Part shown: piece by piece, positions 51,091 to 63,045 of the stretch
How the letters are laid out: each line of letters starts with the position of its first letter
How positions within the stretch are numbered: position 1 is the stretch's first letter
Assembly (NCBI RefSeq): GCF_044704955.1
Contig: NW_027254409.1
Span: 310,001-374,000 of the forward strand
Direction of reading: 5' to 3'
DNA length: 64,000 bases
Source: Pristiophorus japonicus
Taxonomy: Eukaryota
Position numbers and translations under genes: made by a program
Notes under the pieces: model-generated
The model's database searches: none
Told to the model about the DNA's origin: nothing
What the model saw: the letters and a program-made list of their open reading frames with translations, nothing else

Positions 51091-51410
51091 GTGTCCAGTC
51101 GGATGTGGTGTTGACTCAGCCCGAGGCAAAGACCAGGATTTCCTGAGGCTTCCTGAGACTGACCTGTAAACCAGCGGGTTCGATCTTAGCGGATATGGCA
51201 TGAACTGGGTCCGCCAGGTTCCCGCACAGGAGCTGGAGTGGCTGGTTTACTATTACACTCCATCGAACAAGAATAACGTCCCAGGGATTGAGAGCCGATT
51301 TACTGTATCCAAAGACACTTCAAACAACATCTTCACGTTGGACATGAAGAACATGAGGAGCGAAGACACCGCCATCTATTACTGTGCAAGGAAGGACTAC
51401 GGGAGTGGGT
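51091..51410 (+). pseudogene. IGHV: VH exon fused to a D-like segment (germline-joined VD)
   Basis: [25 protein letters not shown][frameshift][15 protein letters not shown]...LEWL...RFTVSKD...[10 protein letters not shown], then 19 extra nt AAGGACTACGGGAGTGGGT before the heptamer. Confidence 0.92.
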
Positions 51411-51448
51411 CACGGTGAAATACAGAGCGAGCTCTCCATACAAAAACC
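51411..51448 (+). promoter_or_regulatory. Recombination signal sequence, 22-bp spacer (23-class)
   Basis: CACGGTG + 22 nt + perfect nonamer ACAAAAACC. Confidence 0.93.
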
Positions 51449-51765
51449 CCAGACAGGGAGTTTGCTCAAACCTGCGACCATTACCACGCCAGGAGCGTCG
51501 AAGGAACTGAGGCTTAAATAAAAATAATTAGAAATAAGTTATATATATATATATATTTAAATGTGTAACAGTTTTCTTCTTTATTACTATTGATTGCCAT
51601 GTTGAACATGCACAGATGCTTCAGAAGTATTCCAATCATTTTTGTAAATATAATGAACGGTAAAAAATGAAATATCTCGCTGATTCACTCTTACGAGAGT
51701 CGGAATCGTGTTTTTAGAGCTGTGTGGAATTTAATCTCTGTATTTTACAGTTAACAGTCCGCCGG

Positions 51766-51793
51766 AGTATTTGACACAACGTTTCTCACTGTG
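51766..51793 (-). promoter_or_regulatory. Recombination signal sequence, probable 12-bp spacer
   Basis: AGTATTTGA (6/9 match to GGTTTTTGT) + 12 nt + perfect CACTGTG. No nonamer-like sequence at 22/23 spacing. Confidence 0.7.
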
Positions 51794-51843
51794 TTACGCA
51801 ATGGGCTACTGGGGACAAGGGACCATGGTGACGGTGACTGCAG
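51794..51843 (+). other. IGHJ: JH segment (possibly D2-J fused)
   Basis: YAMGYWGQGTMVTVTA followed by donor G|GTAAGG. Confidence 0.95.
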
Positions 51844-54800
51844 GTAAGGAGCATTCACTGATTCAGTAACACTTGTATTTGTGTCTTTATTTTATATTTT
51901 TGTTTATTTTAATAATTACTTTGTTCACTGAAACTTGGGTTCGGTGGATTTTGTTTTGAGATTTTTTGCAATGTTCAATGTGATTCTGCTGCAAAGTGAT
52001 TATAGAATTCAACTGTTTCTCCACAGAAAATGTTGTTGATGTGATTTGGTATTTATTTGCTGACGAGACTGTGTGTCTAGGTTACTTTAAATACTTAATG
52101 ATTATTACACTGTTTGACGTTTCTGCAATGTTTAATCTTGGTGACCCATGATTGCTGCAGTTTTTCTGATCGAATGCAAACATTGTGTTTGAATGTGTTT
52201 AAAAGAACATTGTAGGCACAAAGCAGAAAGCTTAGTGATCAGTAAATACCCTTAAGGAATTTTAAGTTTTTTCATGAAAATTACATTGTCATCTCCTGAC
52301 CGAATGTTCCCGAATGATCAGATTCAATACGTGAGCTGTAATTAAGAACTGAAAAATTAACATATTTCCAGCTGGAACACATTTAAATTAACATTATTAT
52401 AACGTAGTAATATCACCAATTATTATTTAAATATGCTATACTATCAAAATTAATGTATTTAACATGATCCATCGAATCACAATTCTCTGTCAGTATTTTA
52501 TATTTCTGTTGAATTCAATCATTAGTTATTTCAGTGTGAGTCGGGTTCGGTGATTGTGTAATGAGATTTTTTTGCAATGATATATTTGATTCTGCTGAAA
52601 GGGTTTATAGAATTACGGATCTGCTCCATGAAAGGTTCTGTCGAGGGATTCCGCCCCTCAGCGATGTGATTTAGTGTTGATCTTCTGAGGAGAGTTCGTG
52701 CCTGTGTTACTCAGAATACTTAGAATTTGTGAAGCTGTTTGGCGTTTCTACCATGTTTAATATCGGTGACAGCGGGTAGCAGCAGGTTTCTGATCGAATC
52801 CAAACACGATATGTATTTTGAAACTGTTTGAAAACAGTAGGTAGGCAAAGAACAGGACGGGTTTAGACATCAGAAATCATTGAAAGGTATTTTAAAATCA
52901 CAATTATTGAAGTGATAATTATATATTCAACTATTAATCTATGTTGACGATGCTGGTATTTTAATATGTGAAATGTAACTAGTTGCCATCTACATAATTA
53001 ACTTATTCAGGTTGTAGTTGAATTAAATTACTATTAACCAACCGATTATAATGCAATAATATCTCCGAATGTTATTAAAATATGCTATAAGTCCAATGTT
53101 CATTTACTTAATATTATTCACCTTCAAAAATCCTGCTCTACACTGGGCACCATTAAGGGAAGCAGAAACTTTTAGAGGCTGGATACAGTTGTTAATTATG
53201 CCTGCAATTATTTCATTAACAACATACTGATTCCACCGCTGTGTTCAGTTTGAGTCGGGAGTTCAATTACTTGCTACCTCCTGTTTACACAGATGAATGA
53301 CTGAGTGCAATTAATTATAACTTGAAGCCGTGTTGCAAATTGCATTTTGTCAATTTAATATATCTGCCGGGGTGTGACATTCTCACTGTGTAGCCGAAAT
53401 TTGTTATTGAATCAATATTGTGTGTTGTTTGATAAAATTATCACTAAGTTAATCTCGAACACTTTGCAAGAACAAAAGCTGAGAGAGAGGCATCGCTGGC
53501 AGTCAAAGAATTGTTCATGTAATTATATTGAAATTCAAGGCAGGTTCCGACTGCGTATGGCTGGAGAAAGCAAATAATCCATTGAAATTCAAGCAGATTA
53601 ATTTACTTACAAAAGGTTCATCTGATTTCGAATTTGATACAAAGTCCTATCTCCCAAAACGCTGCTGTATGCGGAATAGAACGGTAGACAAAGCACAAAT
53701 CATATCTGAGTGCTATGTTTAATTCTTATTAATATTAAATTGATGAACAAAGTCTCTCCTCCATTTGCTCATTCAGTTTCAGTGCCCCAGATGGTCTGAA
53801 TGAATTGTTATCCTCTAGTTTTACACTGACCATTCTGGAAACTATTTTCAAGAAGTAGCAGAATATATTTAATCATTAACTTACGGGCATTTTGTGAATA
53901 ACTGGAGTGTTCACCCATGAACTCATTGAATGGCCTACTCCTGCAACTATTTTCTATGTTTCTATGAACTTTAAAAGATTGTCTGTCTTATTAAGTAGCG
54001 GAGGCTCTGCTACTGACTGCAAAATGCAAGGATATATTTTAATTAATAAAAACTTTTTTGGGGATTAAGGTTGAGGAGAATATTTCAGCTCGAGATTCCA
54101 GCATTAGTAAACAAGCGGTTTACAGCCCATCGGAGTTGTGACCCCGGCTGGACAGAGAACTATTTAAATTAGTCCACACCCAAATCCATCATGTGAAATA
54201 TTCTCTGCGAATAGACGCAGATTATGCGATATTATAAACATGCAGAGTTTAAAAAGGTGTCGGTCGAGAGCGGGACAATAGTAGAAATGCGTGATTATTG
54301 TCAATTATTCAAATTTGATTCCATTTAAGTAAAAATAAAGTATATTTATGAGTAGTTATGTATTAATATGCTGCTTAATATTGTAATATTGATTAATTGT
54401 TATGGTAAGTTAAGTAAACCATAATATATCACAAGTTATCAGGCAGAAAAGGTTTTAAAATTATTAATAATTACTTGTATTTGTATGGCTGAAATTCAAG
54501 CACATTAATTTAATTTCAAAAGTTCCAGGTAGGTATGCTTCTGAGGAGGAAGGGCCAGACTGGCACTCAGATTATTTTCAATATTCAGCTAACATGAACA
54601 TTAAATTAGAATGTAACATAAGTGCTAATTCATTAAAACGTAAGCGAGCCCTTACAATTGTTTTGCATACTGGTCAGTATTACAATTATTGCAACATTTC
54701 AAGGGTTGGAGATAATGTTTAATTCATTCATAAATTAATTTAGAAAACAATGCATTGATAACTCGGCTGTGCTGAGTTCGACAAGGTGTCGCTGCAGATT

Positions 54801-56714
54801 TTAGTGAATTAATTTCCTGTTTTGCCGCGATGATATTACAGGTTATATTTACTGATGAAAACATATAAAATCAGTGGGTGATTAGGTATCACTGTATATG
54901 TCTCCTGGATTGCGACATTCTTACTCTGTCACCGAGTCCCGTGTGACGGGCAGACAATTCCCGTGGAATGTGAATTATTTCCAGATACTTGCTTTCAGGG
55001 AAGTTAATCTTTGCACGGTTTACAAGATAGTTGACAGAGATGGGGAAATGGCTGGATGTTGAAGAGTCTCTCAAATTAATATCACATTAATTTCAAAGAA
55101 TCTGCAGCGTTGAGGTGGTTGGAAATTGACAAGAAATAAACTAGAAATCAAACAACTTCATTGAAATTAAAAGATTGAACTGGTCTCTCTCTGCCTGGAG
55201 CACCCTTGTTACACCGTTTGTGTCTGTTCTGTTTATGTGCGCCTGCTCACTGTGTGAGAATCAGGAGTCCTCCTGACGGGTTGTAAACCTTCGGGGTTGT
55301 GATCCTGTATTGCGGGGAGTGTCACTTAATTCAGTTATTTAAGAAACTGGTATATGTGAGAAACGTGAAAGATTGACTTTAAGGTTGAGGAGTCGCCGTA
55401 GAAATGAGATCAGTAACCCAGATTGTGACAGTCAGAAGGAGCAGTTCCGAAACACTACGGTGAGACAGTCGAAGGAGCTTTAATCAGTTTCTAACCCGGT
55501 TGTACCTGCCCTGACAGTGTTTGATAGGAAGCTTTACTCTGCAACTAACCCGTGCGTTATCTTATCTGGCAGTGCTTGATGGGACATTGCAGAGATAGCT
55601 TTAATCAGTATTTAACCTTTTCTTTACAAGGACGTGGAACTTAATTGCGTCCTTCAATATAGAATGATCTTCTATTTAATCAGAGCTTTGGAGGGGTGGT
55701 GCGCTTTAATGGGAGAGTGTATTGGAAGCTTTTCTTTGTACTCGTCATAATTGTGCTTAATTAATCGGTCAATTTGATAACACATTTTATGGGGAGACAT
55801 TTCGTAGCACATCTCTGCAGTACTTGAGCTGGGAATGTTTGACGGGATAGTATAGATAACATATTACTCTGTGTGCAACACTTGCTATACCTGTCCTGAC
55901 CACACGGCAGCATAGCGGGAGCTTTGCTCTCTTATCCGTGCTGTATCTGACCTGAGAGTGCTTGGTCAGGCAGTGTTCTAGTCATCGTTATCTGCGACTA
56001 ACAGATAGCAGATAAACTGCTCGTGCCAGATATATACAATAATTCGTCCCATTGCCCAGATTAAAAAGCGCACATTCTTTGATGTTTATATTCTTTCTGA
56101 AAAAATGCCCAATTTTTAATGAGTTATTAATGTTTGAACATTTTGAGCATCAGATTACTAATGAACATGATTGGCCTGATCCTCAGCTCACTTTCAGAAC
56201 AAACAGTTTGAGGAAGTGAATAACGCTCCAGAAAGCAGCGCCTGTTCTGATCTGATGGGAGGTTACAAGTTATTTCCACAATTAAAATAGAGAATATCGA
56301 GACTCCCACTTCAAATAACCGTCATGGGGACCTCATGTTTAGAAACATTATGTTGTCCAATTCTTCCTGAGAAGGTTAAAGGCAGGGACAAACTGTGACG
56401 AGATGCAGCTAATAGCCTGGGTCACAACACAAGGCACACAGTCACTGGGCTGCAATTCTGTGAATCATTTAAAGAGAGAGAGTCAACCTGCAATACGTCA
56501 TCATTCGCAATGAATTTAAGCCTTTCTAACAGCATGCGATTGACTAATTTGCGTCAGATTCATAAGATCCCTTTATTTTAAATATCCTCTTTCATTATAA
56601 CGAACAATAAAAATAGATCTGGTAGAGGTATCGAAAATATGAAGTGTTTCCTTCCATGAAATCTAGAAGAACTATTCCCACTGACTCGTGTAGACTGATA
56701 GCATCTCACAGCAT

Positions 56715-57640
56715 TGGAAGAGGCCATTCAGGCATTGTGCCTGTGCCGGCTCTGAAAGAGCTGTCCAATTTAGTCCAACTCCCCAGAGTTAACATTATAA
56801 ACGTGCAAATGAGTCCTCCTGACGTACAGGAGATACTGCCTGGAGCATTCCTGAAATTACCAACCCTCTGTGTGAAAAAAATCACCTGAATTTTACCTTC
56901 TGATCTTTTCACAATTATTTTAAAACTGCGACATTTGGTTACCCACCTATTTTCCAGCGGAACAATTTCTCCCGAGTTAGTATATCAAAACCTGACATAA
57001 TGTTGAATATCTCTCTTAGGTCTCCTCTTAACCTCTGCTCTAAGGAGAATATCCCAGCTTCTCCAATCTTTCGACATAACTGAAGACCCCATCCCTGGCA
57101 TCATCCAGCTAAAAGCCTTCCCTTTACACTCCCCAAGGGCTTGACATCCTTCCTACATTGTGGTTACAAAATTGTACGCAATAGTCCAGCTGAAGCCTAA
57201 CACGTGATCTGTAAGTTTAGCATAACCACCTTGATTTTGTAGTGAATGCCCCATTTACAAAGTCAAGTATCCCATACGCTTTCCTAACAGCCTTACCAGT
57301 TTGCCCTGCCATCTTCAAAGATTTGTGAATATGTACATCCAGATCTCTCTATTCGTGCATCCCCTCAAAATAATACTATTTAGATTATACTGCCTCTCCA
57401 ACTTCCACCCAATCTGCATCGCTTCTCAATGATTCGCATTTAATTGTAATTGCCATGTCCCAGCCTATTTCACTGGTCCATCTGTCTCCTCATGGAGTCT
57501 GCTGCTATCATGCTCACTATTCTCTACGTTGCCAGGTTTTGCATTATTTTTGAACTTCGAAATTGTATTCCCTGTAACCAAGTCCATGTCATTGTTATAC
57601 AACAAGAACAACAATGGGAATTGAAACGGGCCATTTAAGG
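56715..57640 (-). mobile_element. Old CR1 fragment in the J-C intron
   Basis: FFTQRVGNFRNAP and decayed RT sequence. Confidence 0.7.
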
Positions 57641-58372
57641 AGTAACTTCAAATTAATCGGATTTTGGAATGGTATTTTATTCGGATTATTAATTGAGTGG
57701 CAGGAAGCAGGCTACTCAAGAGACATGCATATAATAGGATGGAATAGAGCTCAGATCACAGTGCGCTGAAGGACATCGCTCTCCCTCAAATGCTGAGAAA
57801 ATAAGGAATAAATTCGACTCAATCGCGGTTCATTTACAACTTGCATCTTAGAAACTAGACTATGGAAATGCTACCTGTTGAATTATGTGGTAGGCAAGTT
57901 TGGAGGGTTTTTTGCTAACGTCCGAAGCAGGAATTCCGATGTTACTTTGAAGTGCAGTCACTGTTGTTTTGTACTGATAAACCGCAGGCAACGTGCACAG
58001 AGCAAATTTCCCCAAACTGCAATTAAATAAAGGACAAGAAATGGTGCTGATTGAGAAATAAATGCAGGCCGAAATAACAGGAACATTTCTCTGTTTTGCT
58101 ATTGTATGATCCAATGAAGGCGTCTTTATTGACGAGTTGTGCAAAGGTTCTTGTTGTGTAATGTGATAGAGCTCGGTGATAGAGAGGTGCGTTCCTGACC
58201 AGCGCATTGACAAGTGCTTACGATAGAACTGACAGAAGCTCAAATGCCTGTGTAGTCTTTGATGGAGAAATGGTGGAATTAGTTTATTCTGCAGTCAAAT
58301 TTCGATTTGTTTATTTCTTTTATAAGCACGGATTACAGAGTCTAACTTGTTCAATGGGCCATTCCTTCCCAG

Positions 58373-58672
58373 TAACACGGTCTCCCCCCACCCTCTGCGC
58401 CCTGTTCGCCTCCTGTGAACAACCCAGCACCGATGGCTCCATCACGTAGGGCTGTTTGGTGATGGACTACTCCCCTGACATCATCAGACTTTTCTGGAAG
58501 GAAGATAAAGAGCCGATCACCACTGGATTGAAGATCTACCCGTCATTGATCAAAAAGAATTGAGCCTACACACTGAGCAGCCAGTTAACCATCACCGAGT
58601 CCGAGTTGGGGAGCAGCACAATTTGCTGCGAGGTTCGACGTGGTGGATCGGTGTGGAACATCACAATGTCAG
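58373..58672 (+). pseudogene. IGHM: Cmu1 exon
   Basis: TCCCAG acceptor; SPPTL...[21 protein letters not shown]...[17 protein letters not shown]...[14 protein letters not shown]...CEVRRG. Stops at 58447 and 58561. Confidence 0.93.
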
Positions 58673-58689
58673 GTTAATGATGTGAGATA

Positions 58690-59040
58690 CAGGGCAAACT
58701 CTGATAAGGTGAGAAGTTATGTTCAACTTGTATAGAAACTTGGTTAGACAACAGTTAGAGTATTGTGCATAGTTCTGGTCTCCATATAATACTTAGAATA
58801 CTGTGCACAGTTCTAGTTTCCTTATCACATTTAGAATATTGTTTACAATTCTGCTTTCCTTCTCATACTTAGAATACTGTGTGAACTTCTGGTCTCCATA
58901 TCATACTTAGAATAGTATGCACAGCTCTGGTCTCCCTATCACACTTAGAATACTGTGCATGGTTCTGGTCCCCATATCGCACTTAGAATATTATGCACAG
59001 TTCTGGTCTGCATATTACACTGAGTATACTGTGCACAATC
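58690..59040 (+). repeat. CR1 fragment amplified into a 38-bp minisatellite (~8 copies)
   Basis: CACTTAGAATACTGTGCACAGTTCTGGTCTCCATAT units correspond to CR1 RT codons HLEYCAQFWSPY. Confidence 0.85.
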
Positions 59041-59164
59041 TTGCTCTCTTCAAATGCCAGGTTAGTGTGAATCTGACAGCAAAGAACTTGTTAAAATATA
59101 AGGACACTTTGCATTTCTTAATCATTTATTTTACAAGCAATGTCAATAAAATGCCTTCTCGTAA

Positions 59165-59484
59165 ACGTCCTGAACGGATCATCGTTCCTCCAATTGTTCT
59201 CCTCTTGCTAAGCTCCACTGAACAAATCATCAGCAGCAGATATGCAAGCGCCATGTGTTCAATCATCGAATTAAGGCCAAAGTCACTGACCATGAATTGG
59301 CTGAAGAGTGAACAACTCCTGGATTCGGGCTTCACCACCTCTCCCGCCTTTGAGATGAACAGAAACGTTTTGACGGCCAGTCGGCTGACACTCCCCGACA
59401 GGGAATGGTTCACCGGCTCGGTCTACACCTGCCAGGTCACTCATGAATGGGGCACACAAAGCCGTAACTTCAGCAGATCTCAGG
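59165..59484 (+). pseudogene. IGHM: Cmu2 exon (open frame, acceptor AG apparently lost)
   Basis: IVPPIVLLLLSSTEQIISSRYASAMCSII...WLK...SGFTTSP...EWFTGSVYTCQVTH...QSRNFSRSQ, donor G|GTAAGA. Confidence 0.9.
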
Positions 59485-59619
59485 GTAAGAGGCACAATCC
59501 AGGGAGGTTCCAGACCATTCTGAGCGTTGATCTCAGTCAGGACTTTGATTGAAATTAGTAGAAAGCAGAGGAATATTCCTAATTTCCAATCATGCAGTTT
59601 GTGTATTCTTGCGATACAA

Positions 59620-60045
59620 TGTTGCCTTTATACAGCGCCTTCAGCGACCACAGACTGAACCAAAGCGCTTGCCAGGCAATGAATTAAGTTGTGAAATGTG
59701 GTCACAGTTGTAATGTATAAAGTGCAGCAGTCATTTAGTGCACAGCAAGCTCCCACAAACAGCAGTGTGATAACGACTATTTTTTTTGTTTAGTGTTATT
59801 TCTTGAGGTATTAATATTCCCAGGACACCAGGGAGAACTCCTCTGCTTTTCATTGAAATAATTCCAGGGGAACTTTTACCTCCACCTGAGAGGCTAGACG
59901 GATTCTTGGTTTAACACATGATCCGAAATACGGCACCTCCGACAATGCACCACGCCCCCAGTACTGCACTGAGAGACTCAGCTTACATACTGTGATCAAA
60001 TAACTGGAGTGAGACTTCAACCCACGATCTTCTGGTTCAGGATTC
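59620..60045 (-). mobile_element. DeuSINE copy
   Basis: Reverse-complement similarity to 41595-42035 (GCACAGCAAGCTCCCACAAAC, ATCCGAAA, CCCAGTACTGCACT). Confidence 0.7.
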
Positions 60046-60239
60046 CTCATTGCTCAGGGTTTATTATCCTCGCCAAAGAAGCTTTCCCCTTGCTCTGGTG
60101 TCAGGCAGTGAGTGAAGTGTCCTTAGTCTCAGGTATATCCTGAGTTGGCTGATCATATACGGAATGGCAATAGGAGTCTGGAATCCTTTAATGCTAACTG
60201 TCCAGGAACCCACTGCAAGAATGGGCATCTACCCTATTC

Positions 60240-60750
60240 AGAGTACTGAGCCCAATTCTGGGCTCCGCACCTGAGGAAGGATATACGTGGAGGTGCTAAA
60301 CTGCAGGTTTACCCGAATTATACCGGGGCTAATAATGTAAAATGATCAGGTGGTGAGTATAGAACGTCAAGAGATGATACAATTGACGTGTTTAAGTTGA
60401 TAAATGGAATTGTATCGATTAGTTATAGAAACATTTATTTAGTTTGATGTGAGAGTCCACAACAAGTAGCAGAACCTTAACATTAGAGTTAGGCCGTGCA
60501 GAGGTGATGTCAGAAAGGATTTTCTCACAGGAAGAATAGTGCAAGTCGGGATTTCCCTCCCCAAAAGCTGCTGACACTTGCTTTCAATTGAAAAGTTGAA
60601 AACTGAAATTGATAGATTTTTGTTCGGCAAGGTTATCATGGGTTACATAACCAAGGCGTGAAGATGGTGTTGAGTGTTGATCAGCCATGATCTAACTAGA
60701 TGGCGGGACAGAATGGATGGGCTGAATGGCCTTCTCCTATTCCTATGTTA
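60240..60750 (+). mobile_element. Degenerate CR1 3' fragment
   Basis: Similar to CR1 ORF2 end and 3' UTR with TTCCTATGTT tail. Confidence 0.7.
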
Positions 60751-61455
60751 CTATTAATGCCCTGAGGTCATAGTGCTTTCTGAATCTCTCTCACCAGACA
60801 TGATAAATGTTCAGTAATTACAGATATTAACAAACTACCTCACATCATTACAAATGATGCCCCACCACAAAAGATTCCTTGCAACTCCATTCTCCGGAAT
60901 TTGCACTTCTTCTCTGACGGGGGATGTGACTGGTTCGTGCACATTTTCATCGCAACAAAAATAGCAGCAAAAGACTAGAAACTTAACTTTGTTTCCTGTT
61001 GTCCCATAAATCCTGAAATTAATTTGACACTGGTTTTGAACAAGTATAATGCTAGTGTAGACCTCTTGAACTTGGGCTATTCGGGCTTCAGCTATTATAA
61101 CCAGTGGAGATGCACTTGGGTGCAATAATCTATAGACGGGCGTAAAGGAGCAAAGGATTTCAGAAAGAGCGCTATTCAGTGCCTATCACAATTGCGTCCC
61201 AATGTATTCCCATTTTACGCCAGGTATTTGTTTCATAGCCCATTACAGGTGGCTCTGGCTCAAATACACAGGAAATATTACAGACCTCCCGGAATCGTTG
61301 CCAATTCATTGTCCTTCCATAACGACGGTGTTCAAGCAATAGCGAGAGGTTGATATCTCAAAAGTGAGAATTTCCCCTTGAAAGAGTTAAGGCTAATTAT
61401 TGGTGTCCTGATTCTGAAGATGCGGCTTTTCCTGACTTTCATTCCTGTTTCGCAG

Positions 61456-61763
61456 TGGATGTCCCATGCAGCGATTAAAAATCACTCTTCGCCCACCGTA
61501 ATTGGAACAGGTTTTACTGGAGGCAACGGTGACCTTAACGTTTGTCGTGTCTGACGCTCCTTATGGGCTCACCGTGACCTGGACCCGAAAAAACGAGACT
61601 TTGAAATCAGAGATTGCCGTCCAACCCAGAGAGGATCCCAACAGTGTGATCAGCAACTTAAACATCTCGACAAAAGACTGGCTGAGTGGGGATAAGTTCT
61701 ACTGCGTGGTGAGCCATCAGGATATGCCGATTCCTCTCAGAGATTCCAGCCACAAGGAAAAGG
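61456..61763 (+). pseudogene. IGHM: Cmu3 exon
   Basis: TTTCGCAG acceptor; early frameshift and TAA at 61499; [22 protein letters not shown]...[17 protein letters not shown]. First Cys changed to Phe. Donor G|GTGAGC. Confidence 0.92.
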
Positions 61764-62680
61764 GTGAGCGGGGAGATTGTTGCAATAAGTGAGAAACTGC
61801 GACAATTTCGATGCGTGTGCAAGGGCCAATTGATTATATAAAGTGTTTAATGGCTACTCTGATCATTCAGGTTGGTAATTCCACCAACTCAGCACTCTGG
61901 GACCTGAGATTATGTATTTTGGGGGAAACTGGATAAGTCCATGAGCGAGAAAGAAATAGAAGGGTATATTATTAGGTTTAGATGAAGTGGGCTCGGAGGA
62001 GGCTTGTGTGGATCACAACCACCGGCATAGACCAGTTGGCCAAATCTCCTCGTTCTGTGCATTAAATTCTATGTCATTTTCCAGTCCAACGCTTCAAGAT
62101 TTCAGAGAGAAAGATCACGTTCCCTTTGATAAGGGATGGAAAACCAGAGAGGCAACAGAGGGGAAAAGGTAAAACGTTAAAATGCAATGCAGTGTCCATT
62201 TCTCTCACATCTAACCATCGGAAAATGGCTGAATTTAAATGAGGAAGGCGAGTTGTGGGCGTTGGTCTCACAGGCCACCAGTGAAAGCGGGAGGATTGGA
62301 AGCCGAGTGAGGAGGTCGCGGATCGCGGGCGATGGGTTAGGCAGGGACCCTGGATCCAGGAGGTCGGTGTAAGGGCAATTACCAGCTGGGCGCAGCAATC
62401 CCCGCCTTGCTGTAACTGCTGAGATTTACACAGTTTGTCAAGCCGGACCAGCGACAGTTAAACACCAAATGGTGGTTAAAATAGAGGATTCCAATCTCAT
62501 TTAAATATATTACTCAAATATAATATTACAACTGGAAGTAGGCGTGTTGAGGTCGGGATTCTGATTTTTACCAATTTAACAACCTCCACGCCCACAACCC
62601 GCCCGCTGTATTGGGTTGAAATTCCCCCATTGTCTCTGGAACTATCCAGTTCATTGGCCTTTGTTGTAACTGTCCTACAG

Positions 62681-63045
62681 CGAAAGATCCGCGGGAACCG
62701 GCCATGTCTGTCCTCCTGCCCTCAGCAGAAGAAGTCTCTGCTCAGAGGTTGGTCAGCCTCACCTGCTTAGTGAGAGGTTTCTCCACCCGAGAGATCTTCG
62801 TCAAAAGGACCGTCAATGATAAACTGGTGGATTACGGCAACTACAAGAACACCGAGGTGATGGCGGAGAACGGCAGCAGCTCCTTCTTCATGTACAGCCT
62901 GCTATCCATTGCAGCCAAGGAATGGGCCAGCGGCGACTCTCACTCCTGTGTGGTGGGACATGAAGTGATCCCATTGATAATCACCAACAGAACCGTCAAT
63001 AAATCCAGTGGTAAAGCATTTCCCTTGTTCTGATGGACAACGTCA
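62681..63045 (+). pseudogene. IGHM: Cmu4 exon plus damaged secretory tailpiece
   Basis: CCTACAG acceptor; [32 protein letters not shown]...[11 protein letters not shown]...[15 protein letters not shown]...[10 protein letters not shown]. Internal G|GTAAA membrane-form donor at 63010/63011. Tail remnant ISLVLMDNV is out of frame. Confidence 0.93.

Larger units (their letters stand above)
50911..63045 (+). pseudogene. IGHM: Cartilaginous-fish IgM heavy-chain cluster (L-VD...J-Cmu1-4), pseudogene
   Basis: One leader, one VH, one JH and four Cmu exons within 12 kb. Stops or frameshifts in V, CH1, CH3 and the tailpiece. TM exons are not in the window. Confidence 0.95.

Noticed and set aside
53380-55260. 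Additional CACTGTG heptamers at ~53384 and ~55248
   Set aside because: No nonamer at 12 or 22/23 spacing was found and there is no adjacent D or J coding sequence.
51144-61501. Apparent excess of G-to-T/C-to-A nonsense changes in the IgM pseudogene
   Set aside because: Too few events, and selecting for stop codons biases toward these changes.
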